NCBI GenBank assembly: GCA_041486775.1
Contig: JBGPMB010000003.1
Coordinates: 1-50,588 of the forward strand
Length of the DNA: 50,588 bases
From: Candidatus Eiseniibacteriota bacterium
Lineage (GTDB): Bacteria > Eisenbacteria > RBG-16-71-46 > SZUA-252
Direction: 5' to 3'
Position 1 is the first letter of the stretch, and every line of letters begins with the position of its first letter. Shown here piece by piece: positions 44,687 through 50,588 of this stretch. The translations under genes were made by a program, and so were the position numbers. The notes beneath the pieces are model-generated. The model was not told the origin of the DNA, ran no database searches, and saw only the letters and a list, made by a program, of their open reading frames with translations.

Positions 44687-46294
44687 TCAGAGCGACTTGC
44701 CGAAAACTCGAGATCCCGCCACCCATACGGCCCCCACCCGGACCCGATGGAGACTTTCGGGAGGAATTCGGAGCAAATCCTGGTCGAATTGGACCAGATC
44801 CGCGCCCCATCCGGCCTCGATTCTGCCCAGCGGCGTGCTCCAACCGGCCAGGCGGTTCGGTTCCTCGAGGTGGGCCCGGAGCGAGGTGGCGAGACCGAGC
44901 CTTTGCTCGGGGTGAAACGCGCTCTCTTCGGGCTCCTCTCCCCCGCGGCGCAGCAGGGCGGCCTGAAGCGCGAGGAGCGGGCCGGGACGGTCGAAGGGGG
45001 CGTCGGACCCGAAGACGAGCCGGGCGCCCGATCGCACAAGAGAGCGGTAGGCGTAGGAGCGCGCGGTGCGCTCGCCCCACTTGCGCTTGGCCACGGCGCG
45101 GTCCGTGACTTGGTGGATGGGCTGAACCGATGCGAGAACGCCAAGCGCCTTGAACCGGGGAAGGTCCTCTTCCCGTGCCAGTTGAATGTGTTCGATCCGG
45201 GGTGGAGCCGGAAAGGGACCCCCGCGTCGGATGGAGCCCTCGATCGCATCGAGCGCGTTCCTCACGGCTCTGTCGCCGATCGCATGGATCGCGACGGTGA
45301 GGCCGGCCTTGCGGGCACGCGCGCATCGATCCTCGAGCTCGGGACGGGAGATGATCTCCATCCCGGTGCTCGCATCATCTTCGTACTCCTCCTCGAGGAG
45401 GGCGGTTCCCGATCCCAGCGTGCCGTCCGCGAAAAACTTCACCGCGCCGACACGGAGGCGATCGTTTCCCCATCCCGTGCGCAGCTCGAGCGCCTCCGCG
45501 GATTCCAGCTTCGCCGCGGAGACCGAGAGGAGGATGCGAAACGGAAGGCGATTCCGGCCGTGGAGCTCCTGGGCCGCGCTCCAGATGTCGGTCCGGTCGA
45601 AATCGTGCGCGCCCGTGATCCCCAGCGAGTGCGCCTTCCGGATCGCGCGGGCCAGATCCTCGGCCGGCTCGAGCCGGTTGGGAACCACGCGGCGGAGCAA
45701 GGGGGCCGCCGTTTCCACCAGGACGCCGGTCGGCGCTCCGGAGGCATCGCGCTCCACCGTTCCACCCAGAGGATCGACCGTGCGCGCGTCGATCCCGGCG
45801 GCCTGGAGCGCCGCCGTGTTCCCCCACACGGAATGCCCGTCGATGGCGTAGAGGACGAGCGGCCGATCGGAGAGTACCTGGTCGAGGGTCGCGCGGCGCT
45901 TGAGCTCGCGCGGCCAGTCGCGCGGGACCCAGCCGCGGAGCGTGATCCAGCCCTCACCCCGCGCGAGGGCGCGCGCGGCCCGCACCGCCTCCTCGAGACC
46001 CTCGGGGGTCTGCGCCTTCAGCCAGACGTCGCTCACGGCGCGGATCCAGGTCAGGAGATGGACGTGGGCGTCGATGAACCCCGGCGTGAGCGTGCCGCCC
46101 CGGAGGTCGACGCTGCGGACGCCGCGGGGGGCCGCGCGGCGCACGCGCTCCAGCGGCCCCACCGCCTCGATGCGGTCGCCGCGCACGAGGACGGCCTCGG
46201 TGTATCGTTCGCGCGCGGCCGTGGCGCGGCGCGCGTCGAGGATGCGCCCGCCATGGAAGAGCCAGGCTGTCTCGGTGGCTCGCTTCGCGGTCAT
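44687..46294 (-). CDS. Amidohydrolase 3 (YtcJ-like) metal-dependent hydrolase
   Basis: DLRG..LTPGFIDAHVH, DGHS.W.N, KFFADG.LGSGTA, HAIGDRA, RIEH, GSDAP. ATG 46294 overlaps the cutA stop. Confidence 0.92.
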   Translation of the reverse strand: MTAKRATETAWLFHGGRILDARRATAARERYTEAVLVRGDRIEAVGPLERVRRAAPRGVRSVDLRGGTLTPGFIDAHVHLLTWIRAVSDVWLKAQTPEGLEEAVRAARALARGEGWITLRGWVPRDWPRELKRRATLDQVLSDRPLVLYAIDGHSVWGNTAALQAAGIDARTVDPLGGTVERDASGAPTGVLVETAAPLLRRVVPNRLEPAEDLARAIRKAHSLGITGAHDFDRTDIWSAAQELHGRNRLPFRILLSVSAAKLESAEALELRTGWGNDRLRVGAVKFFADGTLGSGTALLEEEYEDDASTGMEIISRPELEDRCARARKAGLTVAIHAIGDRAVRNALDAIEGSIRRGGPFPAPPRIEHIQLAREEDLPRFKALGVLASVQPIHQVTDRAVAKRKWGERTARSYAYRSLVRSGARLVFGSDAPFDRPGPLLALQAALLRRGGEEPEESAFHPEQRLGLATSLRAHLEEPNRLAGWSTPLGRIEAGWGADLVQFDQDLLRIPPESLHRVRVGAVWVAGSRVFGKSL

Positions 46295-46605
46295 GTCGGA
46301 CCCACCGCCTCCGCGACCCACGCGAGGTACCCGGGGTGTCCTCCCGCGACGTCGAGGACGAGAATCTCGGGGATCTCGTCGGGATGGGTATCGCGGATCC
46401 GCCGCATCGCCTCGCCCGACCGCGCGGCGGTGGTCTTGCCGTAGAGAAGCGTGCTCGCGCCCGCCTCCTCGCGGCCCCGCCAGATGTAGACCGCCCTCGC
46501 GCCGGGCACCGTGGTGGCGCAGGCCAGGAGGCGCTCCCGCACGAGGAGCCTCGCGGCGCGCTCGGCCTGGGCGCGCCTCGGATACGCGACGAGAATCAGC
46601 ACCAC
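46291..46605 (-). CDS. cutA: Divalent-cation tolerance protein CutA
   Basis: LVRERLLAC, YIWRG, KTT, HPDEIPEI, YLAWV. GTG 46605 with AAGGGAG RBS. Confidence 0.85.
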   Translation of the reverse strand: MVLILVAYPRRAQAERAARLLVRERLLACATTVPGARAVYIWRGREEAGASTLLYGKTTAARSGEAMRRIRDTHPDEIPEILVLDVAGGHPGYLAWVAEAVGPT

Positions 46606-46615
46606 TACCGCTCCC

Positions 46616-47656
46616 TTATCGCGCCGCTTGCGCCGCGTCCCGGCCACCGGCCCGCCCTCCCCGACGTTCTTCGAGCGCCCGGTCGATCCTGTCCGCGGTG
46701 CGCTCCCACGAGAATTCCCGAATCTTCGCCAGGCCCTGCGCCGCGAGCGCCCGCCGCAGCTCGGGATCCCGGAGCAAGGGCGTGATCGCCCGCGACAGAG
46801 CCCACGACCAGCGCCAGCGAGTCACCGCCGCGGTGACACCGTCGATCGCGAAGTCCTCGGTGCCGCTCCGTGTGCACACCACCGCGGTTCCGCTGGCCAT
46901 GGCTTCCGCCGCGGTGTTGCACCAGCCCGCTCGCCGCTCCGCGCTCACGAAGAGATCTGACCCGCGGTAGAGCTCCGCCAAGTCCTGTTGCGTCGGGTTC
47001 AGGACCCACCGATGCGGGATCGAGAGCGACCGCGGGAGAGCCGGGGCCTCGCCGTCGGGCGGCGCGTCGAAAAGGGTGAGCGAGACCGGAACGCCGGTCG
47101 CGACGGCGGCGCGCTCGAGCGCGCGAACGGCGACCCACGTCCCCTTGCGGCGGCGCGAGAGCCGGCCATACACGAGCGCCCGCACCGGGGCGCCCGGCTC
47201 GGCACCCGTGGCCCGCGGATCCGGCGCCGGCGGACGAAACCACGCCACGTTCACGCCCCCCGCCGCATCCACCGCCGAGACGCCTTTCCGCGCGAGATAC
47301 CGGCGCATCCCCGCTGAATTCGCGAGCACGAGGTCCGCCTCGTGGAGCGCCTGCTTCTCCCCGGGGGCCTTTTCCAGGACGGAATAGTAGACGCGCAGGG
47401 CGCCGGGCGCGCGGCAGCCCAGAAAGAGATCCGGATCGGGCGAGATCACCACGTCCCACCCTCCGAGCGGCAGCTCCGCCATCGGGAGAATCGCCCCCGA
47501 GAAGGCCACCCAGGGTCGCGCGCCGGAGCGATCGGGAACGAAGATCGCCACCTCGTGTCCGCGCCGGGTCCAGACCTCCCCCAGCTCCAGAAAGCGGCGG
47601 ATTCCCCCGTACACGCCGAGGTGCGGAAGGACGATTGCGACGCGTCGGAGAGCCAT
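46616..47656 (-). CDS. Glycosyltransferase family 4 (GT-B)
   Basis: YGGIRR, RGHEV, ANS, RKG, LYRGSDLFV, EAMASG..VV, FSWE. Confidence 0.88.
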   Translation of the reverse strand: MALRRVAIVLPHLGVYGGIRRFLELGEVWTRRGHEVAIFVPDRSGARPWVAFSGAILPMAELPLGGWDVVISPDPDLFLGCRAPGALRVYYSVLEKAPGEKQALHEADLVLANSAGMRRYLARKGVSAVDAAGGVNVAWFRPPAPDPRATGAEPGAPVRALVYGRLSRRRKGTWVAVRALERAAVATGVPVSLTLFDAPPDGEAPALPRSLSIPHRWVLNPTQQDLAELYRGSDLFVSAERRAGWCNTAAEAMASGTAVVCTRSGTEDFAIDGVTAAVTRWRWSWALSRAITPLLRDPELRRALAAQGLAKIREFSWERTADRIDRALEERRGGRAGGRDAAQAAR

Positions 47657-47675
47657 CGGATCGCGGAGTTTACAT

Positions 47676-47705
47676 TTGCCCTAAGCGGACCGGGTGCACT
47701 AAATT
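47676..47705 (+). promoter_or_regulatory. sigma70-type promoter for the M42 operon (possibly leaderless)
   Basis: TTGCCC (47676-47681), 18-nt spacer, TAAATT (47700-47705); the ATG follows 8 nt later. Confidence 0.4.
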
Positions 47706-47713
47706 GCGGAGCT

Positions 47714-48793
47714 ATGGCCTCGAACGGCGATCGCACCTGCGCGGACTGGCTCCGGCACATCACCTCCCTGCCGGGCGTCCCCGGACAGGAGGAGGCCACG
47801 GCGCGCGAGCTCATGAAGACCTTCCGCACTGTCGCGGATCGGGTGGAGCGCGACCGGATGGGGAGCGTCTACGCCTGGATCGAGGGCACGGCCAAGGAGC
47901 CGCGCCCCAGGGCCCTTCTCGCGGCGCACATGGACAAGATCGGATTCCTGGTCCGCGCCGTCGAGCCCGGCGGATACTTGAGGCTGACCGAGGTGGGCGG
48001 ATTCGACAGCCGCACGCTTCCCGGGAAGGAAGTGACGGTGCACTCCCGTCCTCCCATGACCGCAATCTTCGCCACGCGCCCGCCCCATCTCCAGAAGAAG
48101 GGCGAATCCGAGCGGCCCATTCCGCTCGAGGAGCTCTACCTGGATACGGGACGCCCCGAGCGCGAGGTTCTCCGGAAGGTCCCCATCGGAACCATGGTGA
48201 CGCTCCGCCAGTCACCCGTCGAGCTGATGGGAGACCGCCTCGCGGCGCCGGGCATGGACGACCGGGCCGGCGTCGTGGTGATGCTCCGCACGCTCGAGCT
48301 CCTGCGCTCGCGGCGCCCCGCGTGGGACGTGATCGCCGTGGCCACCGTCGAGGAGGAGTTCGGCGTCATCTGCCTCGGGGCCAGGACGGCCGCGGAGAAT
48401 CTCACCCCGGATCTCGGGATCGCGATCGACGTGAGCCACGGTGATATGCCCGGGGCGCGGGAGGGCGACACCGTCCCGCTGGGAAGCGGGCCCGCGCTCT
48501 CCATCGGGGGGAACATCCATCCCATGATCCTCGAGGGCTTGAAGCGCTCCGCGAAAGCGCTCTCGATGCCCTACCGCGTGGAGCCCTGCCCCACCGGATC
48601 GGGCACCGACGCGATGGACATCCAGATCGCGAGCTCCGGCGTGCCGACGGCGGTGATCGGCATCCCGTGCCGGTACATGCACACCGGGGTGGAGACCGTG
48701 GAGCCGCGCGACGTGGACCGCTGCGCGCATCTCCTGGGGCATTATCTCTCCGAGCTATCCCCCGAGTGGCGGGCCGTCGAGGTGCTCAAGTGA
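47714..48793 (+). CDS. M42-family (TET/FrvX-like) aminopeptidase 1
   Basis: PGVPGQE, AHMDKIG, DDRAG, VEEEFG, IDVSH, SGTDA, RYMHT. Start ATG 47714. Confidence 0.92.
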   Translation: MASNGDRTCADWLRHITSLPGVPGQEEATARELMKTFRTVADRVERDRMGSVYAWIEGTAKEPRPRALLAAHMDKIGFLVRAVEPGGYLRLTEVGGFDSRTLPGKEVTVHSRPPMTAIFATRPPHLQKKGESERPIPLEELYLDTGRPEREVLRKVPIGTMVTLRQSPVELMGDRLAAPGMDDRAGVVVMLRTLELLRSRRPAWDVIAVATVEEEFGVICLGARTAAENLTPDLGIAIDVSHGDMPGAREGDTVPLGSGPALSIGGNIHPMILEGLKRSAKALSMPYRVEPCPTGSGTDAMDIQIASSGVPTAVIGIPCRYMHTGVETVEPRDVDRCAHLLGHYLSELSPEWRAVEVLK

Positions 48794-49884
48794 GCCAGAA
48801 CGGCGCACCCGACTTCCGCGAGGACATTCTCGAGAGCATCTCGAACGCGCCCGGAGTGAGCGGCGGAGAGGAGGCGGTGCGCGCCATCCTCGCCGAATAC
48901 GCGCGCGACAAGGTGGATTCCCTCGAGGTGGACCCCATGGGGAGCCTGGTCGCGCGGCTTTCGCCCGCGCCGCGCTCTCGGACCGGGCGCGGCGCGAAGG
49001 CGAACGGGGGTACCCGCAAGGGCCCGCACGTGATGCTCTGCGCGCACATGGATGAGGTCGGGCTCATGGTGACCGCGATCGAGAAAGAGGGGCGGCTCAG
49101 GTTCCGCCGGGTGGGCGGCATCGATCCGCGCATCCTCCCCGGCCAGGTGTTCCGCATCGGCGCCGGAGGGATTCGCGCGGTCGTGGGCGCCCTGCCGCCG
49201 CACCTGGTGCCGCGCGCCGAGCGTGACCGCGTGACCGCCGCGGATGATCTCTACCTGGACGTCGGGGCACGCTCGCGCGAGGAAGCCGAGGAGCGCGTGC
49301 CGGTCGGATCCTATGCCGTGTTCGACACGACCTACGAGGGCTGGGGCACGACGCGCAAGGGCAAGGCGTTCGACGACCGCGCCGGATGCGCCGTCCTGGC
49401 CAGCCTCATCCAGCGCCGTCCCCCGGTGCCCGTCACCGCGGTCTGGAGCGTGCAGGAGGAAGTGGGGCTTCGCGGCGCGGCCGCGGCGGCCCGGCGCGTC
49501 CAGCCCGATCTCGCGATCGTTCTCGAGGGCACGGCCTCGGGCGAGGCGCCCGGCGCCCCGCCCGACGAGCAATATCCCTACATGGGCCGCGGGCCGGCCC
49601 TCACCGTGCAGGACCGCTCGCTCATGGTGCATGCGCGCCTCCTCGACGTGATCGAGGAGACCGCCCAGCGCCGCCGGGTCCCGACACAGTGGAAGCGCCC
49701 CGGCGTGGGAGGCACCGACGCCGGGCGCATCGCGATCTCGGGCTCGGGGGTGCCCTCGGCGGTCGTCTCGGTCGTCTGCCGCTACATCCACGCGCCCGCG
49801 GCGTATCTCGACATCCGCGACACGCAGCGCGCGGTCACCCTGATCTGGCACACCCTCGAAACCCTGCGAAAGGAGTGGCCGTGA
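48790..49884 (+). CDS. M42-family aminopeptidase 2
   Basis: PGVSGGE, AHMDEVG, KAFDDRAG, QEEVGLRGA, GGTDAG, RYIHAP. GTG 48790 (GTGA overlap). Confidence 0.94.
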   Translation: MSQNGAPDFREDILESISNAPGVSGGEEAVRAILAEYARDKVDSLEVDPMGSLVARLSPAPRSRTGRGAKANGGTRKGPHVMLCAHMDEVGLMVTAIEKEGRLRFRRVGGIDPRILPGQVFRIGAGGIRAVVGALPPHLVPRAERDRVTAADDLYLDVGARSREEAEERVPVGSYAVFDTTYEGWGTTRKGKAFDDRAGCAVLASLIQRRPPVPVTAVWSVQEEVGLRGAAAAARRVQPDLAIVLEGTASGEAPGAPPDEQYPYMGRGPALTVQDRSLMVHARLLDVIEETAQRRRVPTQWKRPGVGGTDAGRIAISGSGVPSAVVSVVCRYIHAPAAYLDIRDTQRAVTLIWHTLETLRKEWP

Positions 49885-50588
49885 GCACTCGCACCTCGCA
49901 CCTCGATTCCCTGCTCCCCGCGCTGAGCGAGGCCTATGGTCCCACGGGCCGCGAAGCGGGAATCCGCTCCGCGCTGAAACGCGCGATCCGGGGCCTTGGA
50001 TCGGTCCGCGAGGACGCGCTCGGCAACGTGCACCTCCACATGCCCGGCAAGGGCGCCCGGCTCCTCCTCACCGCGCACATGGACGCCCCCGGGGTCATCG
50101 TCACCCGGGTGGATTCCTCGGGACTGGCGCGTCTCTCCATCCTGGGACCCATGTCGGCCGCGGATTGGATCGGCGCGGTGGTGAGCCTGAACGGAAGCGG
50201 CGGGAGCCCATCGCGCGGCGTCGTGGGGTGGGACCGTCCCAAGGAGTCCAAGGACAGCCGGGAGATCGAGCCCGAATCGCTCTACTTAGAGACCGGCCTC
50301 GGCACCAAGCAGGCGTCCAAGAAGATCGCCGTAGGCGCCGTGGGAGCGCTCCTCGACCGGGCGGGGAAGCTGGGCGACCTCTGGTGCGGGGGGAACCTGG
50401 ACAACCGGGCCGGGTGCGCCGTCCTCGTGGCCGCGCTTCGCGGCGCACGCGGGCGGAAGAGCGATCTCCACGTCGTGTTCAGCGCGCAGTCGGATCTCGG
50501 CGCGCGGGGTGCCGCGACCAGCGCCTTCGGCATCGACCCCGACGTCGCCGTGGTCCTGGACGTGGCATTCGTGGGAGAATCAAGGGGC
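49881..50588 (+). CDS. M42-family protein 3, catalytically degenerate (runs off the window end)
   Basis: Translated by hand from GTG 49881: YGPTGRE, DALGN, AHMDAPG, NLDNRAGC, QSDLGARGA, LDVA. Frame is open to the window end. Confidence 0.88.
   Translation, partial: MSTRTSHLDSLLPALSEAYGPTGREAGIRSALKRAIRGLGSVREDALGNVHLHMPGKGARLLLTAHMDAPGVIVTRVDSSGLARLSILGPMSAADWIGAVVSLNGSGGSPSRGVVGWDRPKESKDSREIEPESLYLETGLGTKQASKKIAVGAVGALLDRAGKLGDLWCGGNLDNRAGCAVLVAALRGARGRKSDLHVVFSAQSDLGARGAATSAFGIDPDVAVVLDVAFVGESRG

Overview
A very GC-rich (roughly 68-70% by eye), gene-dense chromosomal segment of a diderm bacterium. Gene style and content suggest an FCB-related candidate lineage such as Candidatus Eisenbacteria; this is inference only. 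About 43 CDS, almost all on the minus strand. Housekeeping blocks: mcsA-mcsB-clpC with no adjacent ctsR; lysS-lolC/E-lolD; purB-purL-purQ-(tandem PurS-like)-purF; ecfT-like-truA-htrA; lnt; purM; argS; rsfS; a polyprenyl synthase; a CCA-adding enzyme; alaX; cutA; and three tandem M42 peptidases. No tRNA, rRNA, CRISPR array or mobile element was seen. The most notable accessory content is an envelope cluster at about 31.6-44.6 kb. It holds two paralogous 931 and 1054 aa proteins that fuse an intact HExxH zinc-peptidase domain, a PD40/TolB-like propeller and a POTRA-less Omp85 barrel. They are flanked by a PEGA protein, an FN3/propeller lipoprotein, a PAP2 phosphatase and a LolA-like plus LolB-like pair. 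Other points of interest: a membrane sensor domain shared by an HD-GYP protein and a histidine kinase; an orphan MshEN-PilB ATPase; sigma54-like promoters with a bEBP that has no regulatory domain; a HAIR-like operator upstream of mcsAB-clpC; a catalytically degenerate M42 paralogue; and two genes that appear to need non-canonical start codons.
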